A DNA stretch of 64,000 nt from an uncultured Planctomycetota bacterium (GTDB taxonomy: Bacteria; Planctomycetota; Planctomycetia; Isosphaerales; Isosphaeraceae), in the NCBI GenBank assembly GCA_963845755.1, contig CAWJTV010000036.1:320001-384000 (forward strand). The letters run 5' to 3'. A model generated the notes under the pieces. It ran no database searches, was not told where the DNA came from, and saw nothing but the letters and a program-made list of their open reading frames with translations. Made by a program: the position numbers and the translations under genes. Shown one piece after another: positions 32,082 through 43,333 of this stretch; position 1 is the first letter of the stretch, and each line of letters begins with the position of its first letter.

Positions 32082-35000
32082 TCACGCGGAGACGCGGACG
32101 GAAGGGAGGGCTCTAATGACTCGCATGCGTCGGAGCGTGGGGATGGGCGACCCCATGACCGTGCCCCTTCCCGTGACCGGCGCCGTTCCCATTCCCGTCG
32201 GCCGCCAGGGCGAACTCCGGGCTGAGATGGCCGTCGTGGCCGGAAGGCCGTCGTGGGATTTCTCCGGCTCCCCTTCGTTGTCCTCGTCATCCGCCGGGCG
32301 AGCCGCGGCGCGTCGGTCGCTGAACCACTGGATGACGTAGTAGAACACCGGGGTCAGGAAGATGCCGAACAGCGTCACGCCGAGCATGCCGCTGAAGACG
32401 GCGATGCCGAGCGTTTGCCGCATCTCGGCACCCGCGCCGACGGAGACCATCAGCGGGACCACGCCGAGGATGAAGGCGAACGAGGTCATCATGATCGGCC
32501 GCAACCGGAGCTCGCAGGCTTCGAGCGTGGCCGCCTCGCGGGTCGAGCCGGCCTCGCGCTGGGCCTTGGCGAACTCGACGATCAAGATCGCGTTCTTGCA
32601 CGCCAGCCCCACCAGCACGATGAAGCCGACCTGGGTGAAGATGTTGATGTCCATATGCGCCAGGTTCACGCCGACGATCGAGCAGAGCAAGCACATCGGC
32701 ACGACCAGGATCACCGCCAGGGGCAGCGACCAGCTTTCATACTGGGCCGCCAGGACCAGGAAGACGAGCACGACGGCCAGGGTGAAGGCGAACATGGCCG
32801 TGTTGCCGGTCTGGAGCTGCAAGAGCGCCAGCTCGGTCCACTGCGGGCGCATGGCCTGCGGCAGCTCCTGCTGGACGAGCTTCTCCATGGACTTGATCGC
32901 CTGGCCCGAACTGGTGCCCGGTGCCGGGTTCAGGTTGATCGTCGACGAAGGATACAGGTTATACCGGATGATCATCACCGGGCCGCTGACGTCGCGAACC
33001 GAGGCAATGCTGCCGATCGGCACCATCCCGCCCGTCTCGTTCCGCACCCGCAACGCCGTCAGGTCGCTGATCTGCTTGCGGAAGTTGGCGTCCCCCTGGA
33101 CGTTGACCTGCCACGTACGGCCGAACAGGTTGAAGTCGTTGACATACAGCGAGCCCAGGTACACTTGCAGAGTATTGAACAGCTCGGCGATCGACACACC
33201 CGCCAGCTTGGCCTTGTCGCGGTCGATGTCCAGATACAGCCACGGGGTATTGGCCCGGAAGCTGGTGAACAGCCCCGAAAGCTGTTGCGCAAACGGCGGC
33301 TCCTGCGAGCCGGCGACGATCCGGTTGGCGACGCCTTCGATCTCCTGCGAGCCCAGGTCGCCGCGATCCTCGACGACGATCTTGAAGCCGCCCGCGGTCC
33401 CCAGGCCGTCGACCGGCGGCGCCTCGAAGACGTTGACCAGGCCGTCCTTGATCTCCTGCTGGAGCGCGGCCTCCAGTTTCGCGGCGATCACGGGGCCGGT
33501 CAGGCCCTCGTGGGCCCGGTGGTGGAAGTCGTCGAGCATCACGTACATCGCGCCGAAGTTGGGCGCGTTGGCATTCATCAGGATCGACTGGCCGGCGATC
33601 GACAGCGTGTGCGACACACCGGGCAGGTCCAGTGCCAGCCGCTCCACCTGGGCCATCACCTTTTGGGTCCGTTCCAGCGATGACGAGTCGGGGAGCTGGA
33701 CGTTGACCAGCAGGTACCCCTTGTCCTGCGGGGGGATGAACCCGGTGGGGGTCTGGGTCATGCCCCAATAGGTCAGACCCAGCAGGCCGCCGTAGAGCAA
33801 GAGCACCAGGGCGCTGATCCGCAGCAACCCCCCGACCACGCGGGTATAGATCGACGTGGCGGCGTCGAACCCCTTGTTGAACAGGTAGAAGACCCAGCCG
33901 AAGGCGCGATTGAGCAGGCTGCTAACCAGCCAGCCGGCGGCCGCGCCGGCGGCCAGCCCGGCGAGCTTCGCCGTCAACGCGGCCGACAGCCAGGCGCTGC
34001 CCAGATGCAAGCCTCGCGACTCGGCCAGCCTGAGCAACTCCGGACCGAGCAGCGCATAACCCGCCCAGCCGCCGACCGCCACGAAGGCCGGCCACGGCAA
34101 GGCCTGGAAGACGCCCTTGACCCGCGGCTTCAAGAGCAGGGCCGCCAGGGCGGGGCTCAGGGTCAGCGAGTTGAACGCCGAGATCACCGTCGAGGTCGCG
34201 ATCGTCAGGGCGAACTGGCGGTAGAACTGGCCGGAGATCCCCGTGATGAACGCACACGGGATGAACACCGCCGTGAGCACCAGGCCCACCGCGATCACCG
34301 GCGACGAGACCTGGGTCATGGCCGTGATCGTCGCCTCGCGCGGGGCCAAGCCCAGCTCGATGTGGTGCTCGACCGCCTCCACGACGACGATGGCGTCGTC
34401 GACCACGATGCCGATGGCCAGCACCAGCCCGAACAGCGTCAGGTTGTTGAGCGAGAAACCCAGCGCGGCCATCACGGCGAAGGTGCCGACGATCGCCACC
34501 GGCACCGCCACCAGCGGGATCAGCGCGGAACGCCAGTTCTGCAAGAACAAGAGCACGACGAATGCGACCAGGATCACGGCGTCGCGGAGGGTATTGAAGA
34601 CCTCGTTGACCGACTCGACGATGAACGGCGTCGTATCGTAGGCGATGGCGTAGTCCACCCCCTCGGGAAACCGCTCCTTGAGCTCCTTCATCTTGTCGCG
34701 GACCAGCTCGGCGGTCTCCAGAGCGTTGGAGCCGGGGCGCTGGTAGACCGACAGCGCCACCGTGGGCTGGCCGTCGAGCGTGCACGCCTGGTCGTAGCCC
34801 TGGGCGCCCAGCTCGACCCGCCCCACGTCGCGGAGCCGCACCACGCCCCCCTGGGTGTCGGTCTTCAGGATCATCTCCGAGAACTGGTCGACGTCCCTGA
34901 GGCGGCCCAGCGTCGTGATCGTGAACTGGAACGCCTGCCCGGTGGGGACCGGAGGCTGGCCGAGCTGGCCGGCGGCGACCTGGATGTTCTGCTGAGTGAT

Positions 35001-35621
35001 CGCGTCGACCACGTCCGAGCTGGTCAGGTTGCGGAACGACATCTTCTCCGGGTCGAGCCAGATCCGCATGCTGTAGTTTCGCTGGCCGATGTAGGTGATG
35101 TCGCCCACGCCATCGAGCCGCGCCAGCTCGTCGCGAAGCTGGATCGTGGCGTAGTTGCTCAGGTACAGGTTGTCCCGGCTGTTGTCGGGCGAGAAGACGT
35201 TGACGATCATCAGGATGCTGGGCGACTTCTTCTTGACCGCCACCCCGCGCCGCTTGACCAGGTCGGGCAGGATCGGCTCGGCCAGCGACTCGCGGTTCTG
35301 CACCAGCACCTGGGCCATGTTCAGGTCGACGCCGTGCTTGAAGGTGACCGTCAGGGTATAGTTGCCGTCGTTGGTGCACTGCGACGACATGTACATCATG
35401 TTCTCGACGCCGTTGACCTGCTGCTCGATCGGCGCGGCGACGGTGTCGGCGACCACCTGGGCGTTGGCGCCGGGATAGTAGGCCGAGACCTCGACCGTGG
35501 GCGGCGTGATGTCGGGATACTGGGCCACCGGCAGCGTGTACACGCTGATCCCGCCGGCCAGCGTGATCACGATGGACAGCACCGCGGCGAAGATCGGCCG
35601 GTCGATGAAGAAGCGAGACAC
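32082..35621 (-). CDS. RND efflux permease (HAE1 family), second copy; 3' end uncertain
   Basis: GTG start VSRFFIDRPIFAAVLS after AGGAG; GIVVDDAIVVVE, KNAILIVEFA, RLRPIMMTS. Confidence 0.9.
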   Translation of the reverse strand: MSRFFIDRPIFAAVLSIVITLAGGISVYTLPVAQYPDITPPTVEVSAYYPGANAQVVADTVAAPIEQQVNGVENMMYMSSQCTNDGNYTLTVTFKHGVDLNMAQVLVQNRESLAEPILPDLVKRRGVAVKKKSPSILMIVNVFSPDNSRDNLYLSNYATIQLRDELARLDGVGDITYIGQRNYSMRIWLDPEKMSFRNLTSSDVVDAITQQNIQVAAGQLGQPPVPTGQAFQFTITTLGRLRDVDQFSEMILKTDTQGGVVRLRDVGRVELGAQGYDQACTLDGQPTVALSVYQRPGSNALETAELVRDKMKELKERFPEGVDYAIAYDTTPFIVESVNEVFNTLRDAVILVAFVVLLFLQNWRSALIPLVAVPVAIVGTFAVMAALGFSLNNLTLFGLVLAIGIVVDDAIVVVEAVEHHIELGLAPREATITAMTQVSSPVIAVGLVLTAVFIPCAFITGISGQFYRQFALTIATSTVISAFNSLTLSPALAALLLKPRVKGVFQALPWPAFVAVGGWAGYALLGPELLRLAESRGLHLGSAWLSAALTAKLAGLAAGAAAGWLVSSLLNRAFGWVFYLFNKGFDAATSIYTRVVGGLLRISALVLLLYGGLLGLTYWGMTQTPTGFIPPQDKGYLLVNVQLPDSSSLERTQKVMAQVERLALDLPGVSHTLSIAGQSILMNANAPNFGAMYVMLDDFHHRAHEGLTGPVIAAKLEAALQQEIKDGLVNVFEAPPVDGLGTAGGFKIVVEDRGDLGSQEIEGVANRIVAGSQEPPFAQQLSGLFTSFRANTPWLYLDIDRDKAKLAGVSIAELFNTLQVYLGSLYVNDFNLFGRTWQVNVQGDANFRKQISDLTALRVRNETGGMVPIGSIASVRDVSGPVMIIRYNLYPSSTINLNPAPGTSSGQAIKSMEKLVQQELPQAMRPQWTELALLQLQTGNTAMFAFTLAVVLVFLVLAAQYESWSLPLAVILVVPMCLLCSIVGVNLAHMDINIFTQVGFIVLVGLACKNAILIVEFAKAQREAGSTREAATLEACELRLRPIMMTSFAFILGVVPLMVSVGAGAEMRQTLGIAVFSGMLGVTLFGIFLTPVFYYVIQWFSDRRAAARPADDEDNEGEPEKSHDGLPATTAISARSSPWRPTGMGTAPVTGRGTVMGSPIPTLRRMRVIRALPSVRVSA

Positions 35622-35628
35622 GGGATCG

Positions 35629-38600
35629 TCACTCCTGTTCCACGAACTCGAGCGATTGGGACTCGGACTCCACCGCGGGGGACAGCTCCGGCAAAGCCGC
35701 CGGCTTGGACGTCGGTCCCTCCGACAAGGGCGCCGGCCTGGACGGTTGCCACTCGGCCCATCGCGACGGCCGCCACAGGTAGCTCGAGGGTGAGGATCCC
35801 CAGGGCGATCGAGGCGATGCGCCGCACCCGGGGCGAGGCGAAGAAGTGGGATTCGCTCACCGAGTCGATCAGGTAGAAGAACACGGGCGTCAGCAGGATG
35901 CCGAAGAACGTCACGCCCAGCATGCCGCTGAAGACGGCCATGCCCAGCGAGCGCCGCATCTCGGCGCCGGCGCCGTGGGCGAACAACAGCGGCAGCACGC
36001 CCAGGATGAAGGCGAACGACGTCATGATGATCGGCCGCAGCCGCAGCCGGCACGCCTCCAGCGTCGCCTCCCGGATCGGATGGCCCGAGCGGCGGATCAC
36101 CTTGGCGAACTCGACGATCAAGATCGCGTTCTTGCTGGCCAGGCCCACCAGCACGACCAGGCCGATCTGGGTGAAGATATTGATATCCAGGTGGGCCGCA
36201 TTCACCCCGATCAAGGCACCCAGGACGCACAGCGGCACCGACAGGATCACGGCCAGCGGCATCGACCAGCTCTCGAACTGCGCCGCCAGCACCAGGAAGA
36301 CCATGACGATCGAGAACGCGAAGACGATCATGGCCGTGTTGCCGGCCTGGAGCTCGAGGTAGGCCAGCTCGGTCCACTCGTAGCTCATCGACTTGGGCAG
36401 CTCTTCCCGGGCGAGCTGCGACATCACGTCGATGGCGCGCCCCGAGCTGACGCCGGGCCGCGCGTTGCCGTTGATCGAGGCCGCCGGGTACATGTTGTAC
36501 CGGGTCAAGACCAGCGGGCCGTTGACCAGTTGAACGTCGGCCACCGCGCCGATGGGCACCATCGTCGCCGCCCGAGTTGCGCACCCGCAGCCGGCGGATA
36601 TCGTCCATCTGGTCGCGGTACTTGGCCTCGGCCTGCGCGATGACCTGCCAGGTGCGGCCGAAGAGGTTGAAGTCGTTGACGTACAGCGAGCCCAGGTACA
36701 CCTGGAGCGCCTGGAAGACGTCCTGGATCTTGACTCCCTTGAGCATCAGCGCCGTGCGGTCGACATCGAGGAACACCTGCGGCACGTTGGCCCGGAAGAC
36801 CGAGGTATTGCCCCCGGGTACCAGCTCCGGTTGCTGGTTGGCCAGGTCCACGATGTTCTCGGTCTGCGCCTGGAGCGGCCGGGGCCCCAGGTCGCCCCGG
36901 TCCTCGACCATGATCATGAAGCCGCCGGCCCGGCCCACGCCCCGCACCGGCGGCGGGCCGAAGATCATGATGGTGGCTTCGGGGATCTCCGCGCCGAGCC
37001 GTGCCCGCAACTTGTTGGCGATCACCTCGTAGTAGAGGTCGTCGGTCCTCCGCTTGTCGAAGGGCTTGAGCGTGACGAACATCGTGCCGAAGTTCGACCC
37101 GAAGGCATTCAGGAGGATCGACTGGCCGCAGATCCCCACCGTGGCGTTGACGCCCGGGATCTCGTGAGCGATCCCGTTGATCCGGTCGATCACGGCTTGC
37201 GTCCGCTCGAGGGCGGCCGAGTCGGGGAGCTGGATGTTGACCAGCAGGTAGCCCATGTCCTGCGACGGGATGAAGCCGCGGGGCGTCTTGGTGAAGCCCC
37301 AGTAGGTCAGGCCCAGCAGGCCGCCGTAGACCAGGAGCACCAGGACGAAGACCCGCAGCATGCCCCCCACGAACCGGGAATAGCCGTTGGCCGTGGCCGT
37401 GAACCCGCGATTGAACCGGTCGAAGACGACCCCCAACACCCGGTTCGCCGGCCACATGACGACCAGGCAGGCCACCGCCCCCGCCAGGAGCGAGCCCAGC
37501 AGGGCCGCCCGCTCCCGCGGGATGCCGGCATCCTTCGCCAGCTCGAAGCCGCGCGCGATCGCCGCCCCGACACCCGCGGCGTGCGACGCCCCCTCGCCCG
37601 AGTGCTCCAGCACGTAGGGCAACATCCACGCGTAGCCCGCCCAGGCCCCGACCAGCACGAACGCCGGCCAGGGCAACCTGTCGTAGACTCCCTTGCGTCG
37701 CGGCTTCAGCAGCATCGCGGCCAGGGCCGGGCTCAGGGTCAGCGAGTTCACGGTCGAGATCACGGTCGACGAGGCGATCGTCAGCGCGAATTGCCGGAAG
37801 AACTGCCCGGTGATCCCCGAGATGAACGCGCACGGGATGAACACCGCGGAGAGCACCAGCCCCACCGCGATCACCGGCGCCGAGACCTCGCTCATCGCCT
37901 TGAGCGTGGCGGCGCGGGGCTTCAGCCCGTGCTCGATGTGGTGCTCGACCGCCTCGACCACCACGATCGCGTCATCCACCACGATGCCGATGGCCAGCAC
38001 CAGCCCGAACAGCGTCAGGTTGTTCAGCGAGAACCCCATCACCAGCATCACGGCGAACGTGCCCACGATCCCCACCGGCACCGCCACCAGCGGGATGATC
38101 GCCGACCGCCAGTTCTGGAGGAACACCAGCACGACCAGCGCCACCAGCATCACCGAGTCGAGCAGCGTCTTGAACACCTCCTGGATCGACTCGCGGATGA
38201 ACGGCGTGGTGTCGTAGCGGATCATGTAGTCGAGGCCTTCGGGGAAGTCTTTCTTCAGCTCCTCGATCTTGGCCTTGACGATGTCGGCGGTGTCCAGGGC
38301 GTTGGCATCGGGGAGCTGGAAGATGGCCAGGTTGGCCACCGGCTGGCCGTCGACCTTGCTGCTGGTGTCCTGGTTCTTCGCGCCCAGCTCGACGCGGCCG
38401 ACGTCGCGGATCCGGACGATCCGGTCCTCGGCCGTCTTCTTGACGATGACCTTGGCGAACTGTTCGGGATCGACCAGCCGGCCCAGCGTCGTCAAGGTGA
38501 TCTGGGTCTTCTGGCCTTTCATCGTCGGCGACTGCCCGATCTGGCCGGCGGCCACCTGGAGGTTCTGCTCGCGCAGGGCGGCCACCACGTCGCCGGCGGT

Positions 38601-39200
38601 CATGTTCCGGATCGCCAGCTTGTCCGGGTCGAGCCAGATCCGCATGCTGTAGTCGCGCTGGCCGAACATCCTCACTTCGCTGATGCCCGGCAGCCGCGAC
38701 AGCTCGGGCTGGAGGTGGATCAGCGCGTAGTTGCTCAGGTAGAGCTGGTCGAACCGGCCGTCGGGCGAGTAGATGCCGATCGCCAGCAAGATGTCCGGCG
38801 ACTGCTTCTTGGTCGTGACCCCGGTCGCCTTGATCACGTCGGGCAGCAGCGGCATGGCCAGCGCGACGCGGTTCTGCACCAGCACCTGCGCCAGGTTCAT
38901 GTCGATGCCGTGCTTGAAGGTCACGGTCAGGCTGTAGTTGCCGTCGTTGGCCGACGTCGAGGACATATACATCATGTTCTCGACGCCGTTGACCTGCTGC
39001 TCGATCGGCGCGGCCACGGTCTCGGCGACCACCTGGGCGCTGGCGCCGGGATACTGGCAGGTCACGCTGACCGTCGGCGGCGAGATCGGGGGATACATCG
39101 CGATCGGCAGCGCCCAGAGCGAGAGCCCTCCGGCGAGCGTGATCGCGATCGACAGCACCGTGGCGAAGATCGGCCGGTCGATGAAGAAGCGAGAGAACAC
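35629..39200 (-). CDS. RND efflux permease (HAE1 family), first copy; frameshifts near 36565 and in the tail
   Basis: MFSRFFIDRPIFATVLS...; C-terminal part in ORF 35567..36562 (KNAILIVEFA, RLRPIIMTS). Confidence 0.9.
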
Positions 39201-39313
39201 GGGAAGGGCTCGCTCCGTGGGTCGGTGGTCAGTGGTCAGTGGTCCGTGGAGACGGAATCGCTCCTCCGCCCCGTGCCACTGCCTACGTGTCGCCTGAGGA
39301 TTGGGAGCCGCGC

Positions 39314-40678
39314 TCAGTGGGCGGTGCGGGAGTCTTGGCGGGACTGGCTCGACTTCCCGCCCGCCGGCCGGATCGGGGCTGTCGGCCGGGTTGCCGAGTC
39401 CTGGCCGATGCCGAAATCGCGCTCGGAGGGCTTGGCCGTCTCGGCGGCCTTGGTCGCGACGGGCTTGGCTTTCTCGGCGGCCTTGGCCTTCTCGGCGGCC
39501 GGCTTCTCATCGTACTTCTCGACCTTCACCTCGATCCCGGGGCGGAGCCGCTGCAACCCCGCGACGACCACCCAGTCGCCCGGCTCGATCCCCTTCTCGA
39601 CCTCGCGGTATCCGTCGCGCAGCACGCCGACGTTCCCGACATCGCGCACCATGGCGAGTTGGACCTTCTTGCCCTCCTTGTTCTCCTGCTCCTTGACGAC
39701 GTAGACGGTCTTGCGGCCCTGATCGGACACCAGCGCCTGCTCGCGGATCATCAGCGCGGGGTGGGGATCGCCGATCGGCAGCCGCACCTTCACGAACAGG
39801 CCCGGCACGATGAAGCGGTTGCCGTGGGCGTCGGCGGGGTTGTCGATCCTGGCCCGGAACCGTAAGGTGCCGGTGTTGAGGTCCACCCGGTTGTCGGTGA
39901 AGTCGACGACTCCTCGGTGCGGGAAGTCCGACTCGTCGGCCAGGCCGATCTGGACGGGCACCGCTTTCTCCCCCTGGGCCTGGAGCTTGAGCTTGCCCTC
40001 CTGCATCAGCCGCTTGATCCGCAGCATGGCCTGCTCGTGGACGTCGAAGTAGACGTAGAGCGGATCCAGGCTGACGATCGAGGTGAGCACCGTGTCGTCG
40101 GCCTTGATCAGGTTGCCGGGATCGACCATCCGCCGGCTGAGCAGCCCGGCGATCGGGGCGCGGACCTCGGTCCACTCCAGGTTGAGCGCGGCCAGGTCGC
40201 GGTTGGCCTTGGCGACCTCCAGGTTGGCCTCGGCTTCGTCGTAATCGGCCTTGTAACGGTCGTGCTCTTCCTGGCTGACCGATCGCGAGCCCAGCAGGTT
40301 CTTGGCCCGAACGTATTCCTTCTTGAGCCGCTCGACGTGGGCCTCATATTGTGCCACGGTCCCCTGGGCCCGATGCAAGTCGGCCTGGTACATCCGCGGG
40401 TCGATCTGGAAGAGCTTGGTGTCCTTCTCGACCATCGTGCCGTCCTTGAAGTAGACCGGGTCGTTCAGGTAGCCCGACACCCGCGCCCGAACCTGAATCG
40501 AATAGGGCGTATCGATGTCGCCGGGGAACTCCTCGTAATCGGTCACGACCTGCGTGATCGGCAGGTCATAGACGGCGATCGGGTTCGTCTTGACGGGTCC
40601 CGACTGCGCCTGCTGACATCCGGTGGCCGCCGCACTGGCCATCGGCAAGATCAGGACCATCCACCAGCGTCGATTCAT
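39314..40678 (-). CDS. RND periplasmic adaptor (membrane fusion protein), lipoprotein
   Basis: MNRRWW...AATGC lipobox; VRARVSGYL, LFQIDPR, VRAPIAG, DNRVD..TGTLRFRA. Confidence 0.9.
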   Translation of the reverse strand: MNRRWWMVLILPMASAAATGCQQAQSGPVKTNPIAVYDLPITQVVTDYEEFPGDIDTPYSIQVRARVSGYLNDPVYFKDGTMVEKDTKLFQIDPRMYQADLHRAQGTVAQYEAHVERLKKEYVRAKNLLGSRSVSQEEHDRYKADYDEAEANLEVAKANRDLAALNLEWTEVRAPIAGLLSRRMVDPGNLIKADDTVLTSIVSLDPLYVYFDVHEQAMLRIKRLMQEGKLKLQAQGEKAVPVQIGLADESDFPHRGVVDFTDNRVDLNTGTLRFRARIDNPADAHGNRFIVPGLFVKVRLPIGDPHPALMIREQALVSDQGRKTVYVVKEQENKEGKKVQLAMVRDVGNVGVLRDGYREVEKGIEPGDWVVVAGLQRLRPGIEVKVEKYDEKPAAEKAKAAEKAKPVATKAAETAKPSERDFGIGQDSATRPTAPIRPAGGKSSQSRQDSRTAH

Positions 40679-41399
40679 GGGTATTCGCGCCTCCGAAGAG
40701 TCTCTTTTCCGATGCCGGGATCCGTGATGTCTCTGGCTCGCGGGCCGGCGGGCTGCTCGAAGTCCCGCAGGCGCGGTGCTGCCGTTCTTCGTGGGACAAG
40801 ATTCCCAGGAAGACGATGTCGAGGATTTCCTTCGCCTGGACATCCGGCGGCTTGGTCTCGCCATTGAAGAAGTTGGTGACCATGATGCCATACAGGACAT
40901 TGCTGACCACGTTGGTGATCTGCTCGACCGGCATGTCGCGGATCCGCCCCTGGGCGATCATGTCGCGATAGAGCTGCCGCCACCGCTCGATGTTGATGTC
41001 GCGGTGCTCGAAGTACGTTGGCCGTTTGCGATCCTTGAAATAGGCCCGCTCCTGGATCAAGAGCTCGACGAATGCGGGGTGCTCCGCGAAGAACTTCAGG
41101 AACGTGGCGATCGCCCGCTCCAGTCGCTCCAGTCCGTCCTGGACGTCCACGACCGCCGCGTTGACCTCTTCCTGGAGCCGGCGCATCACCCGATCCGTCG
41201 CGGCCAGGAACAGCGCCCGCTTGCTGGGGAAGTGGCGATAGATCGTCCCCTTGCCCACCCCCAGCCGCTCCGCCAGCGCCTGGGTCACCGCGTCGGAGAA
41301 CCCGTGCTCGGCGAACAGTTCGGTCGCTGTCTCCAGGATCTCCTCCTGACGCGCCAGGTTCGCTTCTTCGGAGCAACATCTCGTCTTTTTTTCGATCAC
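40566..41399 (-). CDS. TetR/AcrR-family transcriptional regulator (true stop uncertain)
   Basis: ILETATELFAEHGF....LAERLGVGKGTIYRHFPSKRALF. Confidence 0.9.
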   Translation of the reverse strand: MIEKKTRCCSEEANLARQEEILETATELFAEHGFSDAVTQALAERLGVGKGTIYRHFPSKRALFLAATDRVMRRLQEEVNAAVVDVQDGLERLERAIATFLKFFAEHPAFVELLIQERAYFKDRKRPTYFEHRDINIERWRQLYRDMIAQGRIRDMPVEQITNVVSNVLYGIMVTNFFNGETKPPDVQAKEILDIVFLGILSHEERQHRACGTSSSPPAREPETSRIPASEKRLFGGANTHESTLVDGPDLADGQCGGHRMSAGAVGTRQDEPDRRL

Positions 41400-41426
41400 G
41401 GTTCCAATTCACCCCTTCTGGCATGC

Positions 41427-41474
41427 GGACTGACCGGTCAGTCCACATTGTAAGTAGCGACAATTGGACGTCAA
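41427..41474 (-). promoter_or_regulatory. Sigma70-type promoter and TetR operator of the efflux operon
   Basis: Minus strand TTGACG-16 nt-TACAAT (41474..41447), followed after 2 nt by the perfect 18-bp palindrome GGACTGACCGGTCAGTCC (41427-41444). Confidence 0.8.
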
Positions 41475-41582
41475 TGGCCCGAGAAACGCTTTTTTCCGCA
41501 GAGTCGGCACTTCGGCGTGGAAAAACGATGTAAGTCTAAAAATATCAGGGACTTAAAGACTGTCGTAATGACACCGAGTCAT

Positions 41583-41895
41583 CTCGTTCCCATGCTCCCA
41601 CGTGGGAATGCCGTCCTGGCCGCTCTGCGGCCCCGGCGACGCGGAGCGTCACACCCGGACGTTCCCATGCGGAGCATGGGAACGAGGATTCCGTGGGCGT
41701 CACGACGAAGACCTCACTCATTGAGCCTGGTTCCGTCGCTACAGTCGCGGCATTTATTTCGTTGCACCGAAAAGGGTTGTCGAGCATGGCCCAGGGTCGC
41801 GCAACGCACCCTGGGAACATAGGGCAAGCTTTCGGTGTCTTTACGCCGAAGGCATGACGTGGCCAAGCCCAGTGTCTCGCAGCACACTCTGGGGC
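41583..41895. repeat. REP-like palindromic elements
   Basis: ctcgttcccatgctcc...ggagcatgggaacgag inverted pair; cccagggtcgcgcaacgcaccctggg and a degenerate copy. Confidence 0.75.
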
Positions 41896-41953
41896 GTACT
41901 CGCGCCGGATGGAGAATACGGAGAACATTTCCCACGAATCGAGGGCGGGAACC

Positions 41954-42349
41954 ATGATTGAGGCGATGATCATCAAGGTCGGTCGAACCCCGCGAATCGA
42001 GGGCTTGCGGATCACGGTCTTCGATGTCCTGGACTATCTCCAGGGGGATGGGACCCGATGGAGATCGCGCTGCTCTTCCGCCTGAGCACGCGCCAGGTTG
42101 AACGCGGCGGTCCGCTACATCGAGGAACATCGCGACGAGGTGATGGCGGATTACCAGCGGATCCTCGACCGTGACGCCCGTGGCAATCCCCCCAAGCTTC
42201 AGGCGAAGCTGGATGCCGGCCACGAGCGATTCCTGGCCATGGTCCGAGAGCGCCGCGAGGCCAAGAAGCGGGAGGGGCTGGATGCGGGCGGAGCCGAGGA
42301 AGTGGTAGGATATCCTGAAGAGTTCCACGATTGGGGGCGGAAATCATGA
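41954..42349 (+). CDS. DUF433 antitoxin-like protein, copy 1 (frameshift near 42047; no adjacent toxin)
   Basis: MIEAMIIKVGRTPRIEGLRITVFDVLDYL...AAVRYIEEHRDEVMA...GNPPKLQAKLDA. Confidence 0.78.
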
Positions 42350-42699
42350 ACGAGGCGATGATCGTTGAAGCCGGTCGTAATCCCCGAATCGCGGGGACAC
42401 GGATCACGATCTACACGATCTTGGAGTACGTTCAAGAGGGTTGGCGCCCCGAGGATATCGCGTTCGGACTTCGTCTCACGAGAGAGCAGGTTGAGGCCGC
42501 GACCCGATATATCGAGGAGCATCGCGACGAGGTGATGGCCGAATACGCGAAGATCCGGGAGCGGATCGATCGCGGTAATCCGCCCGAGCTCCAGGCCAAA
42601 CTGGATGCCGCCCACGAGCGGCTCCAGGCCATGGTTCGCGACCGGCAACGATCGAATGGCCAGGAGGTCCATCATGCGGGGCATCCTCGCGGACAATGA
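42346..42699 (+). CDS. DUF433 antitoxin-like protein, copy 2
   Basis: PRIAGTRITIYTILEY..GW..EDIA...LTREQVEAA.RY. Confidence 0.85.
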   Translation: MNEAMIVEAGRNPRIAGTRITIYTILEYVQEGWRPEDIAFGLRLTREQVEAATRYIEEHRDEVMAEYAKIRERIDRGNPPELQAKLDAAHERLQAMVRDRQRSNGQEVHHAGHPRGQ

Positions 42700-43081
42700 C
42701 GTCGAGGGGCTCGTGGTGCTCATCCACGCGATCTGGCTCTCCGATCCGTGGCGCGACTTCTGGAACGACCTCGGCCTCTCGATGCAGAGACTCCCCGACG
42801 TTGGACTCTCCCGATCATCTCCGGATGCCGTCGTCTGGAGGACCTGTCAAGAACAGCGCCTCGTCCTGGTCACGGGGAACCGCAACGCAGAGGTTCCGGA
42901 CTCGCTGGAGATGGTCATCCGCAGCGAGAACCAACCGGACAGCCTGCCCGTCGTCACCCTGGCGAATCCGCAACGCATCCTGCGGGACCGGCTCTATGCC
43001 GAGACGGTCGCCGAGCGGCTGCTGGAGAAGCTGATCGCCATCGACGACTTCCGCGGTACGGGGCGGATCTACGTACCGTGA
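42674..43081 (+). CDS. DUF5615-like PIN-domain toxin
   Basis: MRGILADND...GLSRSSPDAVVW......LVLVTGN; overlaps the DUF433 stop. Confidence 0.75.
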   Translation: MRGILADNDVEGLVVLIHAIWLSDPWRDFWNDLGLSMQRLPDVGLSRSSPDAVVWRTCQEQRLVLVTGNRNAEVPDSLEMVIRSENQPDSLPVVTLANPQRILRDRLYAETVAERLLEKLIAIDDFRGTGRIYVP

Positions 43082-43333
43082 GCCGATGGACCACGCCCGA
43101 CTGGCCAGGAAGGACCAGCGCGGCCGAGCGTCCCCGGCTCCCCGTCGGTCCCGATCCCGACCCGTCGCCCCGCCAGGATGTGATCCGAAGCCCGGATCCG
43201 CGGACGACTCTTGAGCGGGGTCCTCTCGTCGGGTTCAGGCTCGTGCTTCATTCGACGCGTGCGACGGCGGCTCATTTCGCGTGTCCGGACGGCTGCGGTT
43301 CCAACCGCGGCCGACCCGGCACGATTCGCGGAG

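Noticed and set aside
32082..39200. 2372-aa double-length RND fusion ORF
   Set aside because: A frameshift near 36565 runs the first permease into the second gene's frame through ~310 codons of nonsense-like sequence. The true C-terminus is in ORF 35567..36562, and the second gene has its own AGGAG+GTG.
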